A DNA stretch of 64,000 nucleotides from an uncultured Candidatus Saccharibacteria bacterium (GCA_964642835.1 CAZXQA010000001.1:325387-389386), one strand, 5' to 3'; shown: positions 28,222-45,657, counted from the first letter of the stretch. Notes: a model not told the origin generated them from the letters alone. Made by a program: numbers and translations.

Positions 28222-28542
28222 ATGCCCGTACCGTGTAGTAACGCGCGTGAGGTTGTCCTCTGCGCGCTCATGCAAGTGAGCGAAGAACCAGGTGGATGGC
28301 GACGGACCGCCAAGGTAGCACCGGTGTTCGCCGCCTTTGTGAAGGGCGACAAACCATCTGAGTCAGAAGTGGATCTCGAGAATCCACCGGGTTTCCAGAC
28401 CGCTCTCAAGGTGCTCCGCAATAAGATGCAGATCATTCACAACGAAGCGAGTGGCCTGGCCCGAATCACGAGCCTTGGCCATGCCGCGGCTAAGGGCTTC
28501 GAGTTACCTCCAGAACTCTCCGCCCTTCTCGTGAATGCCTAG
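28222..28542 (+). CDS. Orphan hypothetical protein (cassette)
   Basis: GGGAG SD, 106-aa ORF, terminator 28550-28581. Confidence 0.65.
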   Translation: MPVPCSNAREVVLCALMQVSEEPGGWRRTAKVAPVFAAFVKGDKPSESEVDLENPPGFQTALKVLRNKMQIIHNEASGLARITSLGHAAAKGFELPPELSALLVNA

Positions 28543-28611
28543 AACACACAACGCGCCGGCTCTGACGAGCCGGGCGTTTTTATATACAGGTAATTTCAGT
28601 ATAATAGCCAC

Positions 28612-29682
28612 ATGTCCACACTAGATACGAAGCCTTACAAAGGAGTCCGCGACTTTTACCCGGAAGATAAGTTCATCCAGAACTATATCTTCAACATCTG
28701 GCGCAAAACCTCTGAAGTCTTCGGCTACGAAGAGTACGATGCCTCCGTGCTCGAACCGACCGAGATCTACCGCGAGAAGTCGGGTGAGGAAATCGTGAAC
28801 GAACAGAGCTTCAGCTTCCTTGACCGTGGCGGTCGCGAAGTCACGATGCGCCCAGAAATGACGCCGACAGCAGCTCGCATGGTGGCCGCTCGTCGCCGCG
28901 AACTCGGCTTCCCTCTTCGCCTCTTCTCGATCCCGAACCTCTTCCGCTACGAAGCCACCCAGCGCGGCAGACTGCGCGAACACTGGCAGTTGAACGTCGA
29001 CATCTTCGGCGTCGCCAACATGTCCGCCGAGATTGAACTTATCGCCCTTGCCGACTGCGCGCTTAAGGCCTTCGGCGCCACGAGCGCGGACTACGAGATC
29101 CGCATGAACACGCACGGCTCTCCCGAGGAACTCGAGACGGCTATCGACATCCTGGCCAAGAGCGGCATTACGAATACCCGCATCGACAAGACGCTCGCCC
29201 GCGGTCAGGCCTATTACACTGGCATCGTCTTCGAATTCTTCGACACGAACCCCGAGAACAACCGCTCTATCCTTGGCGGTGGACGCTACGACAACCTCAC
29301 CAAGCTCTTCGGAGATCAGGATCTCCCGTGCGCGGGCTTTGGCTGGGGAGACGTGACGATGAAGGACTTCTTGGAGACCCACAATCTCCTCCCAACCTAT
29401 CGCCCCGCGACCGATCTCGCCGTCCTTATGGCGGACATGAGTCTCGTGGACCAAGCGGTCGCCTTTGTGATTAAACTTCGCATGAATGGAGTTAACGTCG
29501 CTCTCGACTTCTCCGGCCACAAACTCGGCGATCAACTCCGGAACGCTGGCAAGAACAAGATCCCCTACGCGCTCGTCTTCGGCGAGAATGAAGTAAACTC
29601 GGGCACCTTCGCGGTCCGCAACTTAGAAACCGGCGAGGAACAAACGGCCACTCTGGACACCATCGCCTCATGCGTAAAATAG
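28612..29682 (+). CDS. hisS: Histidine--tRNA ligase (compact)
   Basis: KGVRDF, RPEMT, FRYE..QRGRLREHWQ, ARGQAYYTG, GGGRYD, anticodon-binding domain. Confidence 0.95.
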   Translation: MSTLDTKPYKGVRDFYPEDKFIQNYIFNIWRKTSEVFGYEEYDASVLEPTEIYREKSGEEIVNEQSFSFLDRGGREVTMRPEMTPTAARMVAARRRELGFPLRLFSIPNLFRYEATQRGRLREHWQLNVDIFGVANMSAEIELIALADCALKAFGATSADYEIRMNTHGSPEELETAIDILAKSGITNTRIDKTLARGQAYYTGIVFEFFDTNPENNRSILGGGRYDNLTKLFGDQDLPCAGFGWGDVTMKDFLETHNLLPTYRPATDLAVLMADMSLVDQAVAFVIKLRMNGVNVALDFSGHKLGDQLRNAGKNKIPYALVFGENEVNSGTFAVRNLETGEEQTATLDTIASCVK

Positions 29683-30245
29683 TTTTCGATATCGAAACAC
29701 GGAACATCTTCCAAGAAGTCGGTTCCTCCGACCCGACCGCTCTTGATATCTCGATCGTCGGCATCCACGATTCGGAAACGGACTCATACACGTCCTACTC
29801 ACAAGAAGAGCTCTCGCAACTCTGGCCCATCCTTGAGCGCGCGGACCTCATCATCGGCTATTACTCCGAACACTTCGACCTGCCACTCTTGAATAAGTAC
29901 TACCCCGGAGATCTCTCGAAGTTAAAGCATCTCGATATCTTGAAGGAAGTGAAGAAACAGTACGGTCGCGGCATGAAGCTCGACCAACTGGCCGAAGGAA
30001 CGCTTGGCACGAATAAGTCGGGACACGGGCTTGAAGCAGTGAAGTGGTGGAAAGCGGGTGAGGTAGAGAAAATCCGCCAGTACTGTCTCGATGACGTGCG
30101 AATCACGAAAGAGATTTACGATTACGCCATGACGAATCAGAAGCTCCTCTTCAAAGAAGGCCCGCAGATCAAGGAAATTCCCCTGGACACGAGCGAGTGG
30201 GAGAAACCGAGTGAAAATAAGTTGACCTTTAGTTTGCCCTTTTAA
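29670..30245 (+). CDS. RNase H-like/DEDD exonuclease domain protein (YprB-like)
   Basis: FDIET, FDLP, HLD, YCLDDV. Confidence 0.85.
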   Translation: MRKIVFDIETRNIFQEVGSSDPTALDISIVGIHDSETDSYTSYSQEELSQLWPILERADLIIGYYSEHFDLPLLNKYYPGDLSKLKHLDILKEVKKQYGRGMKLDQLAEGTLGTNKSGHGLEAVKWWKAGEVEKIRQYCLDDVRITKEIYDYAMTNQKLLFKEGPQIKEIPLDTSEWEKPSENKLTFSLPF

Positions 30246-30254
30246 CCTCACCTC

Positions 30255-30731
30255 ATGGAACTCCTTATTATCTTTTGCGCTACCTACCTCATCGTCCTCT
30301 CGCCTCTCCTTGTCCTCCTCGCCTATTACCTCGCGAATCCAGAGAAAAGAAAGCTCATGATTCAGCTCAGTGTTGTGAGCTTGCCGATCGCCTATCTTCT
30401 CTCTCTCCTTGCTCGTTACGCGCACTTCGATCCGAGACCATTTGTGGTAGAAAATGTCACTCCTCTTATCCCCCACGTGGCCGATAACGGCTTCCCGTCG
30501 GATCACATGCTCTTGGCGGCGACCTTGGCGGCCATCGTCATGTGCATTCATAGAAAGTGGAGCGCTCTCCTCTGGCTCATTGCTCTTGTCGTCGGCTTCG
30601 CCCGAGTCGCGGCTCACGTCCACCACGTGACCGACATCCTCGGGAGCGCCGGGATCGCCATCGCCTCGATCGGAATTGGCCATGCTATAATCGAACATCT
30701 ATGGAACAAGAAAAAACAAATCCGCTTTTAG
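30255..30731 (+). CDS. PAP2-family phosphatase (undecaprenyl-PP phosphatase-like)
   Basis: RPF, FPSDH, ARVAAHVHH motifs. Confidence 0.88.
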   Translation: MELLIIFCATYLIVLSPLLVLLAYYLANPEKRKLMIQLSVVSLPIAYLLSLLARYAHFDPRPFVVENVTPLIPHVADNGFPSDHMLLAATLAAIVMCIHRKWSALLWLIALVVGFARVAAHVHHVTDILGSAGIAIASIGIGHAIIEHLWNKKKQIRF

Positions 30732-31387
30732 TGCCCGCTGCCATCGTCGTTGCCGGTGCTCTTATTGCTCTCGCGATCTACTCGGGTGGCGCGAAGCCGA
30801 ATGTGGCGAACAACCTCAATGACTCCACCCCGACCATCCCCGTGCCAGAAGTATCCTCGAAGGACCACCTCCTCGGTAATGCGAACGCGGCCGTGACGAT
30901 CGTCGAGTACTCGGACACCGAGTGCCCGTTCTGCAAAACGTTCCACAATACGTTGAAGCAAATAATGACGGACTACAACGGCAAGGTCGCGTGGGTCTAC
31001 CGCCACTTCCCGATTGTCCAACTCCACTCCAAGGCTCCCAAGGAAGCCGAGGCCCTGGAATGCGCGGCTGAACTCGGCGGCAATGCCATCTTCTGGAAAT
31101 ATCTCGACCAAGTCTTTGAAAAGACGAACTCCAACGATTCTCTCGACCCGCTCGAATTAAACAAGATTTCCGACAGCCTTAGCCTCGACCACCAAGGATT
31201 CGTTAACTGTCTCATGAGCGGCCGACATACGGAGAAGGTGCAAGACAGCGTGGGAGAAGCCATCAAGATCGGTGCTCGCGGCACGCCATACTCCATTCTC
31301 ATCGCCAAGGACGGAACACAGGTTGTCGTAAACGGCGCAGAACCCTACGCGAGCGTGAAGGCCAAGATTGATACGTTACTTAAGTAG
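30701..31387 (+). CDS. Membrane-anchored DsbA-family thioredoxin
   Basis: EYSDTECPFC, RHFP, GTP cis-Pro; TGcTATAAT before MEQEK. Confidence 0.9.
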   Translation: MEQEKTNPLLVPAAIVVAGALIALAIYSGGAKPNVANNLNDSTPTIPVPEVSSKDHLLGNANAAVTIVEYSDTECPFCKTFHNTLKQIMTDYNGKVAWVYRHFPIVQLHSKAPKEAEALECAAELGGNAIFWKYLDQVFEKTNSNDSLDPLELNKISDSLSLDHQGFVNCLMSGRHTEKVQDSVGEAIKIGARGTPYSILIAKDGTQVVVNGAEPYASVKAKIDTLLK

Positions 31388-31412
31388 ATAGAGGCCAGGA
31401 AACGGCAGTGGG

Positions 31413-34367
31413 TTATTGATACATAGCTGCCCGGGCGCAGTACGGACACTCCGTCTCGCCTGGGTAGTTTTTGTGATGACATTCTCGCTCGGTCCAGGCG
31501 CCACTCTCAAGAGCGGTGGCGTAATCTTGTATGTCCTGCACGAGAAGGTCGATCTCATCAGCGCCGATCACCGTCTCGTAGAGAGCCGTCGCTTCGTCCG
31601 TACTTTCCACAAAATAGAGTCGGCTCTTCTCGGCCTCGTAACGACCCTTACTACTGTTCGTCAGCAAATACGAATACATCGCGAGCTGGCGCAGGTAGCC
31701 GGACAGTCGGCCCTCCTCGTCTCGCTTCTCGATCTCCTTGGCGGTGCGAGGCTTCCCCGTTTTAAAGTCGGTCACGCGCACGCTCCCCTCTCCCGCATGC
31801 TCCATGAGGTCAATCTTGCCTGCAATGGTGAGCTCCGGGAAACGCGAATCTTTGTAAGAAATAGCCCGCTCACTCTCGCGCTCGTCATAGAGCGTCGGCA
31901 AGAACTCCTTAGCTACTCGCTTGAGCGCTCGCGTCGCCTCGGTCATCATGCGACGGCGACGCTTCTCCTCGGTGACGTGGCAGTCGTCGAGTGCCGCTTC
32001 GAGCGCCGCCTCAAGGTCTTGAGCGCCGGGCTTCTTCTCGAGCTTCACGAGGCGCTCAATGGCGCCGTGGACGACACTGCCGAAGGTGAGCGCTTCCGGC
32101 TCGGGCTCAGGCAGCCCAAGAAACGTCCGGAAGTACCATTGCCAGGGACATTCGAAGAAGGCGTTGAGAGCGGTTGTCGAAACTCTTTTCTTCGAAAATT
32201 CGACGGACACCAGCTCTCGGAGATTGGCGCGGGTGAGAGCCTCTTCCGGCAGGGCGCGTGAGCTTACCGCTTCCACGGGGCCTTGCGCGAGCAAACGCGC
32301 CCGACTCTCCTCGCCGCTCTCGAAGATGAAGTGGCCCTCAGGCATATTCTCAAGCACGGAGGCGAGCACCTCATCGCCGCCCGCGTGCGAGAGAAGCGCG
32401 TAGGAGAGATTGGCATAGAGCTTGGCGCGAGTGAGCGCCACGTACACCTCGCGACGAGCAGCCGCTTCGTCCTTCTTCTCTTGAAGGAGCGCGAGACGCT
32501 CGGGCAAGCTAAGACCCATGCGCTTGCCACTCATGAGCGCGCGCTCGTTCATGTGGGCGATCCAGACGGCTTCGAATTCCAATCCCTTAGAGCGATGGAG
32601 TGTCATGACGCGTACTCCCCGCTCGGCGCCAAAGATCGCGAGCGGCATGTCTTCTCCGTATTCGATCAGGCGTTCGACATAGGCGATAAAGTCGGCGAGC
32701 GCGACCGTCTTCTTGCTCTTGCGAAACTTCTCCTCGAGCGCCAGGGCCAGATGCAAAAGCGTGCGAATGATCTCCGCCCGGCGGACGAGTGCCTCGTGAT
32801 CCGTCGCGTTCGTAAGGAGGAATCGTTGCCCGACATCCTGAACCATCTCATACGCCGATCTTCCTGCCGCTTCCGTAAGAGCCTCAGCCAACGCCCGGCC
32901 AATCTGCCAATCCTCCTTCATAAGCGCTTCGACGGAGAGCTGCTTCGCGTAGGTTTTGTGGAGGAAGGCATGAGCTTCGAGAGCAGGCACTCCCGAGAGA
33001 GGGTGCAAGAGCACCTCGGCGATGGCAGGTGCGGCGTGGGGATCGGCAATGATCCGCAATATATTCATCACGTAGGTAAAGTCTTCTGCTTCAAACAAGG
33101 AGAGTGAGCCTGGGGCAGAAACAGGAAGTCCCATTTCCTTAAGAATCCGCACGGAAGTGCGCACCTGAGCATTCTTCGGCACAAGGAGCGCGCACTCTTC
33201 GGGGAGTACACCTTCGGCAATCCTTTCCTGGAAAAAGAGCCCGGCGCGTCGCACCTCGTCACGTGGGTAATCGCATTCCACGAGATGAATAGGATGAGCA
33301 CCGGTTCGGTTGGCAGACAGTTTACCTTGAGCGAGCGCGCTCGCGAGGAAGGCGTCGGCCGCGTCGAGAATAGTCTGAGTCGAGCGATAATTCTCGGTAA
33401 GGGTGACGAGCTTCGTGCCCGGGAAGGTGGCTCGGAATTCTTCGAAGAGTGAGAGAGAGGCACCGGAGAATCCGTAAATAAGCTGGCGATCATCGCCGAC
33501 CACAAAGACATTGGGCTTCTCAACGGGACCCCAGACCGCTCGCAAGAACTCGTTTTGCACCGCCGAGGAATCCTGATGCTCGTCGACAAGTACGTAGAGG
33601 TGACGCTCGCGCAACGTCGCCCGAACGTCCTCGAACTCGCTCACGAGTCGCACCATGGCGCGGAGGATGTCGTCATAATCAAAGAGATTGCGTTCACGCT
33701 TCGCCTCCTCGTAGAGCGCGTAGAAGGTGACGACCTCGCGCGTGCGCTCGAGGCTCTCGATCTTGTTCAAGACCTCCTTCTTTACCTCCCCTTTGCGCGC
33801 GCCTTTACTCGAAATGTTCTCGGGATCACGCTTAAGCTTCTCAATATCCTTCTCGATCTCGCGCTCAAGATCCGCGGGAGAGAGGTTCTCGCGAATCAGG
33901 ATGGAGATGAGCGACTTCAAATCGCGGAAGTAGCGCGTCGCGTCGGAGCGCGGACGCAAGTGCGTCCAGTCGTGACCGGCGAGAATGTCGTCGACGAGTC
34001 CTACCGCGTCGGCTTCGTCCATCGTCACGGGAGGCTCGGGCAAGTCGAGATGCGCGTAGAACTCTTCAATGAGTTTGCCACCGAAGGCGTGGAAGGTGGA
34101 GACAGTCACCTTGGAGGCGTCGAGACCATACGCGCGCAAGCGCTTCTTCATCGCCTCGACGCCGGAGTTCGTGAAGGTAAGACAGAGTACGCCGTCCGCC
34201 GGCGTGTCCGTCTGCTTCAAAATGTTCCCGATGCGAAGCGCCAAGACCTGCGTCTTCCCCGTACCTGGGCCCGCGATGACCATCACCGGTCCTTCAATAG
34301 TCTCGACCGCTTCCTTCTGCGCGGGATTTAATTTCTCGTATTCGGTTTCAAAAATACCCCCTTTCAT
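31413..34367 (-). CDS. UvrD/PcrA-family helicase fused to a C-terminal PD-(D/E)XK nuclease with putative Fe-S cysteines
   Basis: AGPGTGKT, VDEHQD, ENYRS, HRSKGLEF, YVALTRA; ECP...GKID...DFKTG...QLAMY...C...CPYC. Confidence 0.93.
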   Translation of the reverse strand: MKGGIFETEYEKLNPAQKEAVETIEGPVMVIAGPGTGKTQVLALRIGNILKQTDTPADGVLCLTFTNSGVEAMKKRLRAYGLDASKVTVSTFHAFGGKLIEEFYAHLDLPEPPVTMDEADAVGLVDDILAGHDWTHLRPRSDATRYFRDLKSLISILIRENLSPADLEREIEKDIEKLKRDPENISSKGARKGEVKKEVLNKIESLERTREVVTFYALYEEAKRERNLFDYDDILRAMVRLVSEFEDVRATLRERHLYVLVDEHQDSSAVQNEFLRAVWGPVEKPNVFVVGDDRQLIYGFSGASLSLFEEFRATFPGTKLVTLTENYRSTQTILDAADAFLASALAQGKLSANRTGAHPIHLVECDYPRDEVRRAGLFFQERIAEGVLPEECALLVPKNAQVRTSVRILKEMGLPVSAPGSLSLFEAEDFTYVMNILRIIADPHAAPAIAEVLLHPLSGVPALEAHAFLHKTYAKQLSVEALMKEDWQIGRALAEALTEAAGRSAYEMVQDVGQRFLLTNATDHEALVRRAEIIRTLLHLALALEEKFRKSKKTVALADFIAYVERLIEYGEDMPLAIFGAERGVRVMTLHRSKGLEFEAVWIAHMNERALMSGKRMGLSLPERLALLQEKKDEAAARREVYVALTRAKLYANLSYALLSHAGGDEVLASVLENMPEGHFIFESGEESRARLLAQGPVEAVSSRALPEEALTRANLRELVSVEFSKKRVSTTALNAFFECPWQWYFRTFLGLPEPEPEALTFGSVVHGAIERLVKLEKKPGAQDLEAALEAALDDCHVTEEKRRRRMMTEATRALKRVAKEFLPTLYDERESERAISYKDSRFPELTIAGKIDLMEHAGEGSVRVTDFKTGKPRTAKEIEKRDEEGRLSGYLRQLAMYSYLLTNSSKGRYEAEKSRLYFVESTDEATALYETVIGADEIDLLVQDIQDYATALESGAWTERECHHKNYPGETECPYCARAAMYQ

Positions 34368-34447
34368 AGAGCTATTTTAGCATGTTTAAGAAAGTACTTG
34401 ACAAATCTACTATTTAGGTGTATGATTAGAAGTAGGAGGATTTACCC

Positions 34448-34642
34448 ATGCCGAACCGTCAACTGCGCTTGAACGTGAAGAGCACCAGGCACTTCGTCGC
34501 GAACGCTCACGATCTCATGGAAAATGCGAGAAAGGACACGCCGATGCCTCGCCTCGGCGCCTGGAGCTCCCATGACCCCGAGAGCTGGAGGCGGGCGCAG
34601 CATCTGTATCAGTTCCCCGCCAAGCCGTATTCAAGCAACTAG
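34448..34642 (+). CDS. Orphan 64-aa protein (cassette)
   Basis: TTGACA...TATGAT promoter, AGGAGG SD. Confidence 0.65.
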   Translation: MPNRQLRLNVKSTRHFVANAHDLMENARKDTPMPRLGAWSSHDPESWRRAQHLYQFPAKPYSSN

Positions 34643-34660
34643 AAACGGCCAGGAAAGCCA

Positions 34661-34695
34661 AAAGGGCGACTCTCACGAGTCGCCCTTTCTTTATA
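34661..34695 (+). terminator. Intrinsic terminator, copy 1
   Basis: AAAGGGCGACTC-TCAC-GAGTCGCCCTTT-CTTTATA. Confidence 0.8.
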
Positions 34696-34758
34696 TACGA
34701 AGAGGTCATTGACAAATAGGATTATTATATGTAATGTAGTAGACAGAGGAGAACAGAA

Positions 34759-35052
34759 ATGAAAGTGACAACTCGGGTTGGTCGACGGATCGACAACAAG
34801 CAGATCGTCGAAGTTATTTGGGAAAACGAGGAAGAAGCGCCGGGCTCAAAAAGAGTACGCACCCACCATGAGGGAGTGCGCGTGGAAGGCACTCGACCCT
34901 TCCACCTCGAAGTTCAAGGTGAAGGTTTGACGCTCTTCAAGAACCTGGCTGTTAGCTACCACCAGGCTCTCGCCGCGGTGGTTTGTGCAGGACTCACGCC
35001 GGCGCAAATCCAGGCACTGAGAGAAACGGTGCCGAACCTCACGCTTCTGTAA
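34759..35052 (+). CDS. Orphan 97-aa protein (cassette)
   Basis: TTGACAAATAGG...TAATGT promoter, GAGGAG SD. Confidence 0.7.
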   Translation: MKVTTRVGRRIDNKQIVEVIWENEEEAPGSKRVRTHHEGVRVEGTRPFHLEVQGEGLTLFKNLAVSYHQALAAVVCAGLTPAQIQALRETVPNLTLL

Positions 35053-35060
35053 CACAACGC

Positions 35061-35095
35061 AAAGGGCGACCCTCACGGGCCGCCCTTTCTTTATA
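35061..35095 (+). terminator. Intrinsic terminator, copy 2
   Basis: AAAGGGCGACCC-TCAC-GGGCCGCCCTTT-CTTTATA; 32/35 identical to copy 1. Confidence 0.8.
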
Positions 35096-35110
35096 CCTCT
35101 CTTATATATT

Positions 35111-36307
35111 TTAATACCCTCTCAAGCGGTCGATCTTGTCGTGCTGACGGATCTTCTCGTGGGCCTTAGCTTCGATCTGGCGGATACGCTCGCGCGTGAC
35201 GCCGAAGACCTTCCCCACTTCTTCGAGCGTGTGCTGGATCCCGTCGTGGAGACCGTGACGCATCTCGAGAATCTTCCTCTCCTTGGGTGGCAGATCATTC
35301 AAGATCTCGCGCACTTGGTCGGAAACAATACGGCGCGAAGATTCCTGGTCCGGAGAGAGAATCTTGTCATCGGCTAGGAAGTCGCCGAGCTTACTCTTCC
35401 CTTCCTCTTCTTCACCTACCGGAGTCTCAAGGGAGACGGTCGACTGGTCAATCTTCTCGATCTGATAGATCTTGTCGACGTCAAGGTTCATCTCCATGGC
35501 GATCTCCTCCTGCAGAGGTTCACGGCCAAGGTCCTGCGTCAAACGACGCACCACCTGCTTGTACTTAGCGATGGTCTCGACCATGTGCACCGGCACGCGG
35601 ATGGTGCGGCTCTGGTCGGCCAAGGCACGAGTAATCGCCTGACGAATCCACCACGTGGCGTAGGTCGAGAACTTGAAGCCCTTCGTCCAGTCGAACTTCT
35701 CGACGGCTTTGTGGAGACCTAAGTTGCCTTCCTGAATAAGGTCGAGAAGCGTGAGGTCAGGAGAGCGGTTGGCGTACTTCTTGGCAATGGAGACCACGAG
35801 ACGTAAGTTCGCCTTCATGAGAAGGTTCTTGGCGTCAACGTCCCCTGCCTCAATGCGCTTGGCGAGCTCTTTCTCCATTGAGCCCGCAATGAGCGGATAC
35901 TGACCGATCTCGCGCAGATACATCTGGATCGAGTCGTAGCTTGAGTCGCCGCGAGAATACCCATACTTCTTGTCCGTCGGCTCCTCATGCACCTCAAGAA
36001 GACCACCCCCTTCGAGAATGTCGATACCGAGGTTATGGAGCTTCTCATAGAGTTCGTCGAGGAACATGATGTCAGTCTCGATCGTTGGGAATTCCTTGAG
36101 GATTTCGTCGAAGGTGACGAAGCCGCGCTCCTTGCCGCGGGTGACGAGGCGTTCGGTGCGGAGAACCTGGTCGACCTTATGTTTGACCTGCTTAGAAGAA
36201 ATTTTCTTTGCCTTAGGGGTGGCTTTAGTTTTTTTAACAACTTTTTTGGCCGGCTTTTTTGCCGGTTTGGCGGGCTTTCTATTCTTTTGTTTTTTTGACT
36301 TGGCCAT
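35111..36307 (-). CDS. rpoD: Primary sigma factor
   Basis: Region 1.1, [46 protein letters not shown]. Confidence 0.97.
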   Translation of the reverse strand: MAKSKKQKNRKPAKPAKKPAKKVVKKTKATPKAKKISSKQVKHKVDQVLRTERLVTRGKERGFVTFDEILKEFPTIETDIMFLDELYEKLHNLGIDILEGGGLLEVHEEPTDKKYGYSRGDSSYDSIQMYLREIGQYPLIAGSMEKELAKRIEAGDVDAKNLLMKANLRLVVSIAKKYANRSPDLTLLDLIQEGNLGLHKAVEKFDWTKGFKFSTYATWWIRQAITRALADQSRTIRVPVHMVETIAKYKQVVRRLTQDLGREPLQEEIAMEMNLDVDKIYQIEKIDQSTVSLETPVGEEEEGKSKLGDFLADDKILSPDQESSRRIVSDQVREILNDLPPKERKILEMRHGLHDGIQHTLEEVGKVFGVTRERIRQIEAKAHEKIRQHDKIDRLRGY

Positions 36308-37917
36308 TATGGAAACGGATTTTTATTATACAACAGATATTACCTTCTCGGAATACTACTCTTCGAGCGCGCGGATCTCTTTCAACACTTTCTGAATCTG
36401 GCCGGAGAGTTCGAGTACTTGTGCCTCATTTTTAGAGGCTTCGAACCCCGCTAAGGCGACCATGAGTGTGCCCAGTTCCTCGCGGAGACGCTCCTGACCC
36501 AAGTGCGTGAGGAGCTCTTTCTCTTCCGCGCGTAAGGCGTCAGTTTCCTTCCCTTTCTCCGGCAACTCCTTGAGCCAGGTGCGCACTTCAGTGAGGCGCT
36601 CCTCGACCCTCTCGCTGCGCCCCTTCGCCTCGTTCACGATGACAGCCGCTCCACGCTCTTGTCCGGACACGCGCTGCGGGGTAGGCGCTTTCATCTTGCG
36701 AAGGTCCTCCCAGATCATCTCTTCCTTGACGCCCGTGCGCTTAGCAATGAGAGAAACGAAGTGAGAGCGCTCGATCGAGCTTGAGAGGAGGGCTAGGAGC
36801 GGAAGGAGCTTGACCACAATGAGCTTGCCGGCTTTACGGCTCTCCTTCTCGGTTTCGAGAATCTTTTCCAAGAGATGCTCGATGGCCGGTTTGGCCTGGC
36901 GGAGAATCTCTTTCCACGTCGCCGGGTCTTGCTTAATGACGTCCGCCGGATCGCTTCCTGGCGGCAGCTTGGCGATCTTTACCTCTAACCCCAGGGAGAG
37001 CGCGAGCTCAGTCGCCTTCTCTCCCGCCTTCTCTCCCGCCGCGTCACCATCAAACGCGAGAATGATCCGCGGCGAGAGACGCTTGAGTCTCTCGAGATGC
37101 GCCGCCGTGAAGGCAGTGCCTGAGGAAGCTACCGTGTTCCCCACCCCGGCTTGATGCGAGAGCACGAGGTCCATCTGGCCCTCGACGAGCACGGCGTAAT
37201 TCTTTTTCCGCACGTCTCCCTTCGCTTTGTCGAGACCGTAGAGGAGTTCGTGTTTGGCGAAGAGCGCGGTTTCCGGCGTATTGAGATACTTCGGTTCCGT
37301 CTCCTTCGCGAGCGCCCGACCTGAGAAGCCGGTAATCTCACCGTTGGGATCGAGAATCGGGAACACCAAGCGGTCGCGGAAGACGTCGTAGGGCTCCTTC
37401 ACTTCTCCCGCGACAGGTTTCGTAAGCCCCGCTTTCGTAAGCGTCTCCTTGTTGAAGCCGCGCGAGAGCAAGTGGTGATAGAGGGCGCGCCACTCGGCGG
37501 GAGCGTAGCCGATGCGCCACTTCTTCACACTCTCGTCGGTGAGGCCGCGCGTCTGGAGATACTCTCGCGCTTCCGCGTGTTCGGCGAGCTTCGCTTCAAA
37601 GAACAGCGTGGCTTGCTCAAGCGCGTCACGGAGACGCTCTTTCTCACTTTTCTCCTGGGTACTCACTTCCCTTCCTTTGAGCTCTACGCCCGCTCGATCA
37701 GCGAGCTCCTTAAGCGCTTCGCGGAACGAGAGACCCTCCGTTTCTTGAACGAAGGTGAAGATGTCTCCCTTCGCGCCGCACCCGAAGCAGTAGTAACTCT
37801 GCCTCGCGGGCGAGACGAAGAAGGATGGTGTCTTCTCGTTGTGGAAAGGACAGCGTCCTTTGAAACTCGTGCCTGACTTCTCTAGTTTGACGTGTCCTCC
37901 AACAATCTCGGCTATAT

Positions 37918-41574
<3,657 letters not shown>

Positions 41575-41581
41575 GGTGGTA

Positions 41582-44782
<3,201 letters not shown>

Positions 44783-44922
44783 GATAAAGCGGAAAAAGGT
44801 CACAAGCGGGTTAAGGCTTGTGACGAAGCTATTAAAGTGTGAGAACTGAACCCTTCCGAACGTAGTTTTCCCCTAGAAACTACTTCGTTTCAGCCATAAC
44901 TCAATCGGGTCGAAGTGAAAAG

Positions 44923-44951
44923 ATAATACTCCCTCTTTTAAGAGCTGTCAA
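44923..44951 (-). promoter_or_regulatory. rpoB promoter
   Basis: TTGACA-17 nt-TATTAT on the minus strand, followed by an approx. 130-nt leader. Confidence 0.6.
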
Positions 44952-44983
44952 ATAGTTGTCCATAAATACAAGAGCGGCACACC

Positions 44984-45580
44984 TTATGAGGGTGTGCCGG
45001 GTGTGTGCCCAGACTGAATCTGGGGGAAAAACTCGATCTTCAACCACTGAGAAATGAAATCAAAGATTGAAGTTACTTTGGGAACATCCTCGTAACCAGT
45101 GGGCATGAGTGCGTCATTGACACGAGCGTTGAAAAGAGCGCAATACTCTTCTGCGGGTGCGCCGTGCTTGAGTCCGATGTTAACTGACTCTGAGAACGCC
45201 ACGTGCATATCCTTCTGGAAAGAACCGATCTTCGTGGTGTGAATCAGAATGAGAGCCACCTGATTCGTAGAGGGGGTCAGGGCGACAGTGACAAAGTAGC
45301 TTTGCCCCTGGATAGTGACCTTGCGAGTTTTGCCCACAAAATCAGGGCAACCATCCTCCTCCACCTTGAGGTCAGTCTCTTCAAAGGTGCGAGTGTTCGC
45401 TCTGGAAGCATAGGTATGCGCCCAGACGAGCTCACCCTTATTACCTCGGGCTATCACGATAAAGGAGTTAACCCCATCAATGACCACCTTCGTCACCTTC
45501 CCTACGTACTCTTTTTTCTCAAGCCCGCCCGCTCTGCTTGCGGTCTGTTCAGGCATTACCATCAGTGCTGCTGCAGACAT
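44984..45580 (-). CDS. Orphan protein with a divergent TSCPD-like (class II RNR C-terminal) domain (cassette)
   Basis: GKTRKVTIQG..YFVT...KIGS...AFSESVNIGLKHGAP...TSIFDFISQWL; AGGAGG SD. Confidence 0.6.
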   Translation of the reverse strand: MSAAALMVMPEQTASRAGGLEKKEYVGKVTKVVIDGVNSFIVIARGNKGELVWAHTYASRANTRTFEETDLKVEEDGCPDFVGKTRKVTIQGQSYFVTVALTPSTNQVALILIHTTKIGSFQKDMHVAFSESVNIGLKHGAPAEEYCALFNARVNDALMPTGYEDVPKVTSIFDFISQWLKIEFFPQIQSGHTPGTPS

Positions 45581-45657
45581 GATTACCCTCCTAAAGCCTG
45601 CACTCCATAGTACTCGCTTCCGCAAAGAGTGTTAGTGGACAACCACTTTACTTATTA

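Noticed and set aside
31413-32200. Cas4/CRISPR association of the Fe-S nuclease domain
   Set aside because: It is the C-terminus of a UvrD fusion; no repeat-spacer array or cas genes were seen in the window.
34661-35095. Classical integron attC sites
   Set aside because: No RYYYAAC/GTTRRRY core boxes or extrahelical-base pattern, and no intI in the window.
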